A DNA stretch of 35,931 nucleotides from Opitutales bacterium (lineage in GTDB: Bacteria; Verrucomicrobiota; Verrucomicrobiia; Opitutales; UBA953): contig JBBAUU010000001.1 of assembly GCA_040398065.1 (NCBI GenBank), positions 1 through 35,931 on the forward strand. Direction: 5' to 3'. This document shows, in pieces, positions 27,077-35,873 of this stretch. Below the pieces are notes generated by a model. The model did no database searches. It was not told where the DNA came from and was given only the letters and a program-made list of their open reading frames with translations. A program made the position numbers and the translations under genes. The number at the start of each line of letters is the position of its first letter. Position 1 is the first letter of the stretch.

Positions 27077-28243
27077 ATGAAGAAAAATAAAGCTAAAAAA
27101 CCAATCACTGAAGTTCTGTTAATGGGGACGCCCTCTAAAAACAGCGATTTGCTTTGGTTTACGGGCTTCAATGCCTCGGATCCTTTTCCGGCCTTTTCTG
27201 CCCACGGCAAAAAGATTGGACTGATTCCTCTTTTAGAAGTCGGCCGCGCCGAAAAAGAATCGCACCTCGATGAGATTCTTAACTTAACGGAAATAATAAA
27301 AGACTTAAGAAAAACAAATCCGCAGGCCGGCGTTGCGGATGCGATTGTTTTAGCCGCACTCAATGAGGGTATTGATGCATTCCGCGTCCCCGCAGATTTT
27401 CCCGTCGGCTTATTTAATCATCTACAATCTTTAGGATTAAAATTGGTCCCCGCGTCTGCGGAAGATAAAAATCCATTATTCCGTAACCGTAGCCTAAAAA
27501 GTAAAAAAGAAATCCAAGGAATTAAAAAAGGCAATGTCGCAGCGTGTGCAGGATTTGTAAGAGTGGAACAGATATTAAAGGAATCGGTAATCGCTTCACA
27601 AAAAAAGCTGCAGTGGAAGGGTAAAAACTTAACAGCCGAAATTTTGAAAGATGAAATTCAAGTTGCGGTTACACGTGCGGGCGGACTTTTAGACATCGGC
27701 TTAATCTGCGCCCCCGGTAATCAAGCGATTGATTGCCATAGTTCGGGAACCGGTCCGATTGCGGCTAATCAATTGATTGTGGTCGATATTTTTCCACGTG
27801 ATCGCGAGTCGTTTAATTACGGCGATATGACACGTACATATCTAAAAGGTAAAGCCTCACCCCAACAACGAAAGTTGGTTGAGACGGTTTTAGAGGCCCA
27901 ACGCCGTGCCTTAAAATCTATCAAAGCTAAAAAAACAGGTGCGCAGATTCATCAAGGAGTCGTCGATTTTTTTAATAAAAAAGGTTACAAAACTAAAAAA
28001 ACAAAAACCGGCTATGAAGGTTTCTTTCATGGCACGGGACATGGCCTAGGTTTTGATATTCATGAAGAGCCTTCCTTGTCATCACGTCACACCCAACCGC
28101 TTCTTGCTGGCGAATGTGTCACCGTCGAGCCTGGGCTTTATTATTTGGGATTAGGCGGATGCCGAATTGAAGATTGTGTTTTAATAACAAAAGCGGGCTG
28201 CGAAATGCTTTCAAAGCATCCGTATGATTGGGAGATATCTTAA
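27077..28243 (+). CDS. pepP: Xaa-Pro aminopeptidase (peptidase M24B)
   Basis: Pita-bread metal ligand motifs VVDIFPR, DMTRT, HGTGHGLGFDIHEEP, VEPGLY, CRIED. Confidence 0.82.
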   Translation: MKKNKAKKPITEVLLMGTPSKNSDLLWFTGFNASDPFPAFSAHGKKIGLIPLLEVGRAEKESHLDEILNLTEIIKDLRKTNPQAGVADAIVLAALNEGIDAFRVPADFPVGLFNHLQSLGLKLVPASAEDKNPLFRNRSLKSKKEIQGIKKGNVAACAGFVRVEQILKESVIASQKKLQWKGKNLTAEILKDEIQVAVTRAGGLLDIGLICAPGNQAIDCHSSGTGPIAANQLIVVDIFPRDRESFNYGDMTRTYLKGKASPQQRKLVETVLEAQRRALKSIKAKKTGAQIHQGVVDFFNKKGYKTKKTKTGYEGFFHGTGHGLGFDIHEEPSLSSRHTQPLLAGECVTVEPGLYYLGLGGCRIEDCVLITKAGCEMLSKHPYDWEIS

Positions 28244-28539
28244 TGTCTAAAAATAAAGGGCGCGCGGGGACACACACCACGATTATCGAAGCCGCCCGAC
28301 TGGTAGTGAAATTATTAGAAAAAAAAGGCCGCGTTTCCCGTGGTGTAATTACCGCGGGCGTGGGTGCCCGAACACAATCGATTAAAGTAACCCCACTGGT
28401 CGGTGCACTGCGCGTCATGGTTGTGTCGAAGGGCACTCGGCAAGAACTCCACGTTTATGGAATTACCATGTCGCAAGCTAAAGCGATTCTCACATCGACA
28501 GAGCTTCCCGGATATTTAATAAATTTTCCCAGTGAATAA
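28243..28539 (+). CDS. Small hypothetical protein (98 aa), possibly DUF2103-like
   Basis: The ATG overlaps the pepP stop (TAATG at 28241-28245) and the 3' end overlaps the pabB GTG start by 8 nt. GTHTTIIEAARLVV...GVITAGVG...SIKVTP..GALRVMVVSKGTRQELHVYG resembles small DUF2103-type proteins from memory only. Confidence 0.5.
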   Translation: MSKNKGRAGTHTTIIEAARLVVKLLEKKGRVSRGVITAGVGARTQSIKVTPLVGALRVMVVSKGTRQELHVYGITMSQAKAILTSTELPGYLINFPSE

Positions 28540-30004
28540 GCCTCCAGTCGCCATTGCCGAAATATCGTTAGATGACTGGATTGCGGTCGGATCGGGTTGG
28601 ACCTACTTGCCTTATTTAGCGCGCTATAGCGTGCCCGATTTACCAAAGGATTGGAAAAAGTTTTTGGATGGTAGATTCAGCGCAGTCCTGGAAAGCGGCC
28701 AAACGGGCAATACGACTATTGCTGTTCCTCGAGCCCCCTCGGTTAAGGTTTTTAATTTAAACGGAACCGTCATCAAACATACGCAGTCGGGTGCCTACGA
28801 ATCCCATCAAGAAAAAATTCTCGCTTATATTAAAGCCTGGAAAAACAAACACCGAACGCCGCATTTTAAAGGCTGGCCCGATTTTCAAGGTGGTTTGATT
28901 GGCATTATAAGCTACGAAGCCGTCACGCAGTTTGAACCGGTCGCTTCAGCCCCTGCAGATATTAATACACCCCTCGCAGTTTTTATGAATGCATCCGAAG
29001 TTTGCATTTATGATAAGAGCCAAAAAGAACTGACCGTCGCGATTCTTTGTCCAACCAATCAAAACACGGAAACTTCTTGGAAGGCCGCCCAGAAACAAGC
29101 TAACCACCTAGCCGAAAAATGGCTCAATACCTGTGCTGAAAGGACTCCAGAGTTTCCGAATAGCATCAACAAAAATTCAGCCATTCTAAATTTTTCACTC
29201 GATGAGGACGCGTTTAAAAATGCCGTCATTAAGATTAAAGATTATATCGCAGCGGGAGATACTTATCAGGTTAATCTTTCAACTCGCTTAGAAGTGCCGG
29301 CGATTGATGCGCCCAAGGCCTATGAATGGCTTCGGCAAAATAATCCATCGCCTTATATGGGTTATATAAAATTTCCCGAGGGCGAACTAGTCTGCGGGTC
29401 TCCGGAGTTATTAGTTGAGGTTATTGACGGCCAAGTACGCTCGCGCCCTATTGCCGGAACACGCCCCCGCGGTGGGAGTGTGGAGTCCGATGAAAAATGG
29501 GCACAGGAACTTTCGGAAAATAAAAAAGAAAACGCGGAGCATTTAATGTTGGTGGATCTTTTACGCAACGATGTCGGCCGTGTCTCGATTGCTGGATCGG
29601 TAAAAGTCCCCGAGTTTATGGCCGTTGAGCGCTATTCGCACGTCATGCACTTAGTCTCCCAGATTGAGGGAAAAATTTTACCCACGGCCACGCCCGCGGA
29701 TGTGATTAGATCTTTATTTCCTGGTGGAACTATTACGGGCGCACCGAAGGTTCGCACGATGCAGATTATTTCGGAAGTAGAACCCGTGGCTCGCGGATTT
29801 TATACTGGTTCCGTGGGCTGGATTGGTGCTTCGGGTAACATGTGTTTCAATATTATTATCCGCTCGCTTTGGACAACAAGGGGGCGCTGTTTTATTCAAG
29901 CGGGCGCTGGAGTCGTCGCTGACTCCATTCCCGAGCAGGAATATCAAGAGTCGCTGCGCAAGGCCCAGGCGCCACTCCTTGCGGCAACCCAAGCTCAGCT
30001 ATAA
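28532..30004 (+). CDS. pabB: Aminodeoxychorismate synthase component I (chorismate-binding enzyme, TrpE/PabB family)
   Basis: GDTYQVNLS, SPYMGY, GSPELLV, RPIAGTRPRG, AEHLMLVDLLRNDVGRV, GGTITGAPKVRTMQII, RGFYTGSVGW. The pabB rather than trpE call rests on the adjacent class-IV-aminotransferase-like gene. Confidence 0.78.
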   Translation: MNKPPVAIAEISLDDWIAVGSGWTYLPYLARYSVPDLPKDWKKFLDGRFSAVLESGQTGNTTIAVPRAPSVKVFNLNGTVIKHTQSGAYESHQEKILAYIKAWKNKHRTPHFKGWPDFQGGLIGIISYEAVTQFEPVASAPADINTPLAVFMNASEVCIYDKSQKELTVAILCPTNQNTETSWKAAQKQANHLAEKWLNTCAERTPEFPNSINKNSAILNFSLDEDAFKNAVIKIKDYIAAGDTYQVNLSTRLEVPAIDAPKAYEWLRQNNPSPYMGYIKFPEGELVCGSPELLVEVIDGQVRSRPIAGTRPRGGSVESDEKWAQELSENKKENAEHLMLVDLLRNDVGRVSIAGSVKVPEFMAVERYSHVMHLVSQIEGKILPTATPADVIRSLFPGGTITGAPKVRTMQIISEVEPVARGFYTGSVGWIGASGNMCFNIIIRSLWTTRGRCFIQAGAGVVADSIPEQEYQESLRKAQAPLLAATQAQL

Positions 30005-30006
30005 TC

Positions 30007-30861
30007 ATGCAGGCCTGGACTAATCAGAAATATGTTACCGTACCTGATCAGGCTACGGTTTCACAAATCAGTCCAAACTTCTGTTTCTTTGAAACCTTTG
30101 CTTTGCGTAGCGGTAGAGTGGAATCGCCGGAGGTTCACGAGGCCAGAATGATGTCGGGCCTAGATCACTTAAATTTAGATAAAACAAAACTACACTTAAA
30201 TTTTTCCGATAAACTCCATCACTGGGGACCTATTCTTAAAAATCTTTTATCCACGGAAAAACTTACCGACGCTATTGTACGTTGGGTGGTTGTACCAGAT
30301 AAACAGGGTTCATTAACGGAATGGGTGACGGTTCGCCAACTGCCTGTCACGCCTCCATCGATAGATCTATTTTTACTTAAAACCATTCGCGATGAGGCGG
30401 AGTGGTTGCCGCGGCCCAAAACGGGTCCATGGAAAAATTCGCAGGCCGCTTTGGATGAACTAAAAAATTTATCACCGCGGCACGATGTGGAGGGCGTTCA
30501 GTGTGACCAGCGTGGAAATATATCAGACTGCACACGTAGTGCGTTGGCCTGGTGGGATGGGGCAGAGTGGTTTACGCCGAGTGGCGAAACACAATGTCTA
30601 TTGAGCACGTCGCACCAAACCTTTCAAAATAGTCTACGCAGTAAAAAACAAACCAAAGAGGTGGCCCAACCTTTTCCACGCCATGCACAAAGTCTGATTG
30701 TTCTTCGCTCCACGTTTGAAGGTGGTGCGGTGATCGTTAAAAATGTTTTTAACTCCCACGGCGAATTAGTTTGGACCGCTCAGCCCAATCAAGATGAAGC
30801 AAGGTCTGCCTTAACTCACCTAAAAAAGTTTAGAGTTCAGCGTTCGGTCAGTTTATTATAA
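30007..30861 (+). CDS. Divergent fold-type IV PLP enzyme, aminodeoxychorismate lyase-like
   Basis: FFETFALRSGRVESPEVHEARM (the usual N-terminal FET...G...L..H..R pattern), PRPKTGPWKNSQAA (candidate PLP Lys region), GNISDCTRSALAWWDGAEWFTP. Starts 2 nt after pabB. Confidence 0.5.
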   Translation: MQAWTNQKYVTVPDQATVSQISPNFCFFETFALRSGRVESPEVHEARMMSGLDHLNLDKTKLHLNFSDKLHHWGPILKNLLSTEKLTDAIVRWVVVPDKQGSLTEWVTVRQLPVTPPSIDLFLLKTIRDEAEWLPRPKTGPWKNSQAALDELKNLSPRHDVEGVQCDQRGNISDCTRSALAWWDGAEWFTPSGETQCLLSTSHQTFQNSLRSKKQTKEVAQPFPRHAQSLIVLRSTFEGGAVIVKNVFNSHGELVWTAQPNQDEARSALTHLKKFRVQRSVSLL

Positions 30862-31259
30862 ACGGGCCAAGCGGTTGAAAATATAAACAGATTTAAATAG
30901 ATAATACTGATAAGTGCGGAGAAGGCTAAAGCCACGAGCAGCTCAGGAAATTTAATGCTCTGATTTTCGCCCGAAGATTGATGATAGGCCTTAAAGGATA
31001 TCCATGTCGCAACGCATCCTAAGATAAACAGGCAGGTCAGTGAGCCTTGAAAATAATTAAAGAAAAAGCTCGTGAGTGCGGGAAGGGTATGGGCTTCGCC
31101 TTTGATAATATTTGCTAAAATAGGTTGGGACCGAAAGGCGATAACTCCGACCGAGGTGGGGAGGGCGGCCGTAAGAAAAACCGATAAGCCAGCTGCAATT
31201 TTTTGCTCTTTAGGACTCATAACCCGATTGTTTAGACCATTTAAATGAAGGTCAATCAT
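30837..31259 (-). CDS. Hypothetical membrane protein (3-4 TM helices)
   Basis: 140-aa hydrophobic ORF; family not recognised. Its 3' end overlaps the pabC-like gene by 25 nt (convergent). Confidence 0.5.
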   Translation of the reverse strand: MIDLHLNGLNNRVMSPKEQKIAAGLSVFLTAALPTSVGVIAFRSQPILANIIKGEAHTLPALTSFFFNYFQGSLTCLFILGCVATWISFKAYHQSSGENQSIKFPELLVALAFSALISIIYLNLFIFSTAWPVYNKLTER

Positions 31260-31307
31260 CGGATTCTCCCTCGCAAATTTTATAAGACACTACTAGGGTA
31301 ATTCGAC

Positions 31308-32396
31308 ATGGAACCTTGGTTGCTCTGGATTATTTTTATTTTACTCAACGGGAGCGCTGCGCTGCTCTCCTTAGTTGCTGGTGTCGTTTCCGCTTTTTCG
31401 CTGGGTGAAATCGAAGAGTTGCGCCGTCATAACGCCAAAGCTGCCATCGCGCTGGAACGCTGTCGTGGCGAACAGGGCAATACCCTGGCGGCTTTTGAAG
31501 TTCTCATTGCGGCCTTTGTGGGAATGAGTGCGCTTTTAGGAGGTATATTATTTGGCCCAAAATTAATTGAAATAGCCTCTACGCATTGGGCCTCTGCTGG
31601 ATTATTTCTCTTTGTTGTTTTAATTTCATTTTTCATGGCATGGCTCACCGTGATGTTGCCCCAAAAACTTGGGACACATTTTCGATTAACTTTAGCCCCT
31701 AAGATCGCTCCATCTTTAATGATCGTGCGTGGGGCGGCTTATATCCTGCGACGGCTGGGCCGGATGCATGATTCTTTGGCGACACCTGAAGAAGCGGGAT
31801 TTGATCGCGCGGATGCTGATATTGGAAGTATGGCCCAAGCGGCTGCACGTGAAGGAAAAATCACGCAGGCGGAAAGCACTCTGGTTGCTAACGCCGTACG
31901 TTTAGACGATATTCCAGTTTCGCAGGTTTTAACACCACGTCCCGTGGTCACCGCCATCGAAGCCAATCTTTCCGTGGGTGATGTTTTAAGACTCTATTCC
32001 AACGTGCCGCATGGACGGATGCCCGTTTGGGATGTTAATCCCGATCGCATCGTTGGCGTAGTTCGTCGTCGCGATATTTTAAAAGCAGCGGGTGACGGAA
32101 AAAGAGAAATTAAAATTAAAGAGCTGATGTCACGCGCGCATATTGTGCCCGAGAATGCTACACTTTCTGATGCCTTACATGATTTGGTTCGGGCGCACCA
32201 ACATTTAGCCGTGGTGGTTGATGAGTTTGGCGCATTCGCCGGTGTCATCACACTCGAAGATATTTTTGAATCATTATTAGGTTTAGAAATTTACGAGAAA
32301 GACGATCCCCACCCGGATATGAGAGAGCTGGCCCGTCAGCGCGGTCACCGCTTTAATCGTCGACCCAGTTCCGACGGTTCAACTCCTAAGGCTTAA
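31308..32396 (+). CDS. CNNM/DUF21 transmembrane domain plus CBS-pair protein (HlyC/CorC-type transporter family, without the CorC_HlyC C-terminal domain)
   Basis: N-terminal DUF21-like TM region (LNGSAALLSLVAGVVSAFSLGEIEEL), then a CBS pair (DDIPVSQVLTPRPVV ... HQHLAVVVDEFGAFAGVITLEDIFESLLG). Confidence 0.8.
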   Translation: MEPWLLWIIFILLNGSAALLSLVAGVVSAFSLGEIEELRRHNAKAAIALERCRGEQGNTLAAFEVLIAAFVGMSALLGGILFGPKLIEIASTHWASAGLFLFVVLISFFMAWLTVMLPQKLGTHFRLTLAPKIAPSLMIVRGAAYILRRLGRMHDSLATPEEAGFDRADADIGSMAQAAAREGKITQAESTLVANAVRLDDIPVSQVLTPRPVVTAIEANLSVGDVLRLYSNVPHGRMPVWDVNPDRIVGVVRRRDILKAAGDGKREIKIKELMSRAHIVPENATLSDALHDLVRAHQHLAVVVDEFGAFAGVITLEDIFESLLGLEIYEKDDPHPDMRELARQRGHRFNRRPSSDGSTPKA

Positions 32397-32400
32397 GACC

Positions 32401-33207
32401 ATGCCATTAGCTTATTGGGTTCACCAGCTAGATCCGGTTGCCGTTCGTTTTACGGATGGATGGTTTATCAAAGGCATTCATTGGTATGGCTTGTCCTACG
32501 CGACAGGATTTTTAATTGCGGCGCTGCTTTTACATCGTTGGCGGGTGCGCCAATTAACCCCTCTGCAATCCGCCCAAGATGAATCGAGTTTAATTACAGC
32601 GATTATGATGGGAGTAATTTTAGGCGGACGCTTAGGACACGTTTTACTTTATGCCCGCGAAGAATTTTTTACTGACCCGCTTATGGTCTTTAGAGTTTGG
32701 CAGGGTGGGATGGCTAGTCATGGCGGCTTTTTAGGAATTATCTTAGTCGCCGCGTGGTTTGCGAAGACCCGCCGCGTTTCATTCTTAAAGATGGGCGATT
32801 TATTATGTGCCATGGCGCCAGCAGGAATTTTCTTTGGCCGCATCGCCAATTTTATAAACGCCGAACTGGTGGGTCGACCCACCGATGTGGCGTGGGCGGT
32901 GATTTTTCCCCGCGAAGGAAATATTCCACGCCATCCATCACAATTATATGAGGCCCTGGGTGAAGGTCTGATTCCTTTTTTATGGGTTTATTGGAGATAC
33001 CCCAAAAAACTTCCAGCCGGACAGTTGGCAGGGGAATTTCTAATTATTTACGCGTGCGCACGAATCGTCACCGAAGCATTTCGCCATCCTGAGGATGGAT
33101 TTATTATGGGCTTAACGGCCGGACAATTTTGGACTTTGCCGTTGTTTATTCTCGGCCTGACCGTGATTTTAATCAGTCGATTTAAATCGAAAGATGTTGC
33201 CCGCTGA
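32401..33207 (+). CDS. lgt: Prolipoprotein diacylglyceryl transferase
   Basis: HWYGLSYATGF, GGRLGHV, WQGGMASHGG, FGRIANFINAELVGRPT, HPSQLYEAL. Confidence 0.93.
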   Translation: MPLAYWVHQLDPVAVRFTDGWFIKGIHWYGLSYATGFLIAALLLHRWRVRQLTPLQSAQDESSLITAIMMGVILGGRLGHVLLYAREEFFTDPLMVFRVWQGGMASHGGFLGIILVAAWFAKTRRVSFLKMGDLLCAMAPAGIFFGRIANFINAELVGRPTDVAWAVIFPREGNIPRHPSQLYEALGEGLIPFLWVYWRYPKKLPAGQLAGEFLIIYACARIVTEAFRHPEDGFIMGLTAGQFWTLPLFILGLTVILISRFKSKDVAR

Positions 33208-33231
33208 GTGCGACTCAATGAAGAGTTAGTC

Positions 33232-34383
33232 ATGGTAACGGTTCCATTATTAGATCTCGGCCCGCAGAACGAAGCTTTGGCACCTGCGTATGAGTCGACT
33301 TTTAAAGAAGTAATGAAGTCGAACGCCTTTATCATGGGGCCGCGCCTTGAGGCTTTCGAAAAGTCGTGTGCTGAGTTCTTAAAAGTGAAGCATGCGATTG
33401 GCGTGTCTTCAGGTACAGACGCCTTACTTTTACCGCTGATGGCCTTGGGGATTGGTCCTGGTGACGAAGTCTTACTCCCAGCCTTTACTTTTTTTGCGAC
33501 CGCTGGGTCGGTGGCACGCTTGGGTGCGGTCCCAGTTTGGGTGGATGTGGAGGCACATACCTTTAATATTAATTTAGCGGACGCGGAAAAAAAGGTCGGC
33601 CCTAAAACGAAGGCCATTATGCCGGTCCACCTCTTTGGACAATCTTGTGACTTGGTTCGTCTGCGTCAGTTCGCCGATAATCATAAAATATTTTTAATCG
33701 AAGACGCTGCGCAATCCATGGGTGCGCGCTGGCAGGGTCATCCAACCATGTCGGTGGGAGATTTTGGTGCGACGAGTTTCTTCCCCTCAAAAAACCTGGG
33801 TGGATTTGGCGACTCCGGCTTAGTCACTACTCAAGATGATGCTTTAGCCGAGAAGGCACGTATTTTAAGGGTGCATGGCATGCAGCCAAAATATTTCCAT
33901 AAATTAATCGGTGCTAATTTTAGAATGGATCCACTGCAGGCTGCGCTATTGCACGTGAAGTTACCTCATCTCCCTAAATATAATTGTGCGCGCGCCGGGA
34001 ACGCTCTCTTTTACCACAAGACATTAAGTACGGTTAAGGGTATATCGCTTAATGGACCCAATGCTCAAGGTGATGCAAAGATTCTTTTACCTCAGGATTT
34101 TTCCGGTGAAGGCATTTGGAACCAATTTACCCTCCGAGTTTTGAACGGCAAAAGAGACGCGTTAAAACAATTCTTAACGGAAAGAAAAATTGGCTGTGAA
34201 ATTTATTATCCCGTTCCCCTCCATCGTCAGGAATGCTTTAAAGGTATCGGTCGCGGAGCCGAGCAGGCACCCGTTTCAGAAAAACTTGCTCAAGAAGTTT
34301 TGAGTATCCCTGTATTTCCTGAACTCGCCGAGAATCAACGAGCTTGGGTGGCCGAATCTTTAGCCGCTTTCGTGGCTCAGTAA
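33232..34383 (+). CDS. DegT/DnrJ/EryC1/StrS-family PLP-dependent sugar aminotransferase
   Basis: VPLLDL, FIMGP, GVSSGTDAL, IMPVHLFG, IEDAAQS, and the PLP lysine motif SFFPSKNLG. I prefer the ATG at 33232 to the GTG at 33208. Confidence 0.88.
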   Translation: MVTVPLLDLGPQNEALAPAYESTFKEVMKSNAFIMGPRLEAFEKSCAEFLKVKHAIGVSSGTDALLLPLMALGIGPGDEVLLPAFTFFATAGSVARLGAVPVWVDVEAHTFNINLADAEKKVGPKTKAIMPVHLFGQSCDLVRLRQFADNHKIFLIEDAAQSMGARWQGHPTMSVGDFGATSFFPSKNLGGFGDSGLVTTQDDALAEKARILRVHGMQPKYFHKLIGANFRMDPLQAALLHVKLPHLPKYNCARAGNALFYHKTLSTVKGISLNGPNAQGDAKILLPQDFSGEGIWNQFTLRVLNGKRDALKQFLTERKIGCEIYYPVPLHRQECFKGIGRGAEQAPVSEKLAQEVLSIPVFPELAENQRAWVAESLAAFVAQ

Positions 34384-34384
34384 A

Positions 34385-34720
34385 TTAGAAGAAGCGAATA
34401 GTTTTCGCTCTTTGCTTTGCGTGTTCTTCGTCCGTGCAAGGTGCGTTGGTCGGCACGTCGGTTTCGGCACTGACCGGTTTAACCAGACCCTTTTCCAACA
34501 TATATTTTTCGACTTCATCGCCTGAAATATCGGCCAGCATCACGCCATCGATCTCGACACAGGGTGAAAGACGTTGACCGCTGCGTTCAACCATCTCCGC
34601 GTAATTAGCAGGGTTGTTGATGATATCTACATCTTCGTAGGCCAGTTGATGTTTTTGAAAGATAGCACGGACACCATTGGACCAACCACAACTCGGTTTA
34701 AGATAAGCTTTGATTTTCAT
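34385..34720 (-). CDS. Glutaredoxin-like thioredoxin-fold protein (CxxS active site) with C-terminal extension
   Basis: IKAYLKPSCGWSNGVRAIF ... SPCVEIDGVMLAD follows the glutaredoxin beta-alpha-beta / cis-Pro pattern, and has a 35-aa tail. Confidence 0.65.
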   Translation of the reverse strand: MKIKAYLKPSCGWSNGVRAIFQKHQLAYEDVDIINNPANYAEMVERSGQRLSPCVEIDGVMLADISGDEVEKYMLEKGLVKPVSAETDVPTNAPCTDEEHAKQRAKTIRFF

Positions 34721-34771
34721 AAACTAGAGTTAAGGCACTCACCGCCAAAAATCAAGCCAGTCGGCCCAATT

Positions 34772-35524
34772 TTACGAATTAACTTTTTTCTTATTCTGCG
34801 TCTTCGAATCATACCAGTAGCCAATGCCATGCAAGGTGCGCAAGGAACCTAAACCCTGAGCGTATTTCTCAAACATCACCCTGATTTTGGTGATATATTG
34901 GTCGACGGAGCGACTGCGGGTGTCGGCACGCGCCCCCCAAACGGCATGGATGAGACTATTCCGACTAATGATTACGCCCGGATTGCTCGCTAGATAATAA
35001 ATAATTCCTAATTCTTTTTTACCTAATTTAAATTTATTTTTTTCATCAAAAATAATTTCTAAATGGCCGGGATTGATTGTGGCACCATGAAAGTTAAATT
35101 GATCGGTATCGAGATTGATGTTTGCGGCAATCTGTCGACTCTTGCCGTTTTCGCTTCGGCGGAGTACGGCTTTAATCCGGGCAATGATTTCGACGTCGGG
35201 ACAAGTTTTCAAAAAGAACTCATCACAGCCCAGATTTAACAACTCAGCAATGTTCTCGGGACTACATTGGGCTTGCGAACAAAAGATGGCGGCGGGATTT
35301 CCGGTTTTCTTAATTTCTTCCACGAGGGATTTTGATTTTTCCAACGTGTGATTAGTTAGAAAAACACCTTGCACATTATTTCTCTCCAAAAACTTTAAGG
35401 CTAAAGAGTCTTTCTCGAATCCTTGAACTTTAAAACCCTCACCCTCGAGCTCCTCGCTTAATTTTTTTGCATAGAATTCCCCGGAAATAACAAAAATTAT
35501 AAATGGTTTATTTTTTCCAACCAC
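34772..35524 (-). CDS. OmpR/PhoB-family winged-helix transcriptional regulator with a degenerate (non-phosphorylatable-looking) receiver domain
   Basis: C-terminal Trans_reg_C pattern LGKKELGIIYYLASNPGVIISRNSLIHAVWG...RSVDQYITKIRVMF...LRTLHGIGYWY. The receiver aligns to PhoB (EIIARIKAVLRR), but the acidic pair is SG (IIFVISGE) and the acceptor position reads VFLTNHTL. GTG start. Confidence 0.75.
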   Translation of the reverse strand: MVGKNKPFIIFVISGEFYAKKLSEELEGEGFKVQGFEKDSLALKFLERNNVQGVFLTNHTLEKSKSLVEEIKKTGNPAAIFCSQAQCSPENIAELLNLGCDEFFLKTCPDVEIIARIKAVLRRSENGKSRQIAANINLDTDQFNFHGATINPGHLEIIFDEKNKFKLGKKELGIIYYLASNPGVIISRNSLIHAVWGARADTRSRSVDQYITKIRVMFEKYAQGLGSLRTLHGIGYWYDSKTQNKKKVNS

Positions 35525-35616
35525 AAGGAGAAGAGATGAAGCAATTTATGGGGTTATAAATTACTTATCTGATTATATGGATTGATTTAATATTTATGGA
35601 AAGGTAAAATATATAA

Positions 35617-35790
35617 ATGAAAGCAAATGTAACATTGCCTCCGACGTCGCGAATCAAGTTTCTGCTCTTCATCGTAATTTTTATTGGAACGGCCGCGTGG
35701 GGTGGGTACGTGCTCGCCAAGAATGCTCACCTTAAGCGTGCTAAAGCCTCGGCCGATCCGATAGAGGACCGTAGTTTGTTTGGAAGGTAG
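35617..35790 (+). CDS. Possible small single-pass membrane protein (57 aa)
   Basis: ATG...TAG ORF not in the supplied track (under 60 aa): MKANVTLPPTSRIKFLLFIVIFIGTAAWGGYVLAKNAHLKRAKASADPIEDRSLFGR. One clear TM helix. It is divergent from the regulator gene and AAAGG lies upstream. Confidence 0.3.
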   Translation: MKANVTLPPTSRIKFLLFIVIFIGTAAWGGYVLAKNAHLKRAKASADPIEDRSLFGR

Positions 35791-35829
35791 AGCTTGGCGG
35801 AACGAAATCTCTCTAAACTTTCAAAATAC

Positions 35830-35857
35830 TTGACCAAGGTGGTCAGGGTCGTAAGTT
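35830..35857 (+). promoter_or_regulatory. Sigma70-like promoter TTGACC-N16-TAAGTT for tRNA-Glu
   Basis: TTGACC at 35830-35835 and TAAGTT at 35852-35857. The -10 element ends 16 nt before the mature tRNA 5' end. The -35 element is part of the palindrome TGACC-aaggt-GGTCA. Confidence 0.45.
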
Positions 35858-35873
35858 CCCCATTCCACCGTGT

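Noticed and set aside
33048-33617. 189-aa minus-strand ORF spanning the lgt/DegT junction
   Set aside because: It is entirely antisense to two genes with strong family motifs. Its composition is low-complexity (A/S/T/K/P-rich), it has no recognisable motif, and it looks like a typical shadow ORF.
35544-35599. ATTTATGG (twice) and TATATGG repeats in the regulator / small-ORF intergenic region as possible OmpR-type direct-repeat sites
   Set aside because: The start-to-start spacings of 29 and 19 nt do not fit the 10-11 or 21 nt helical phasing. The motif is short and AT-rich in an AT-rich spacer.
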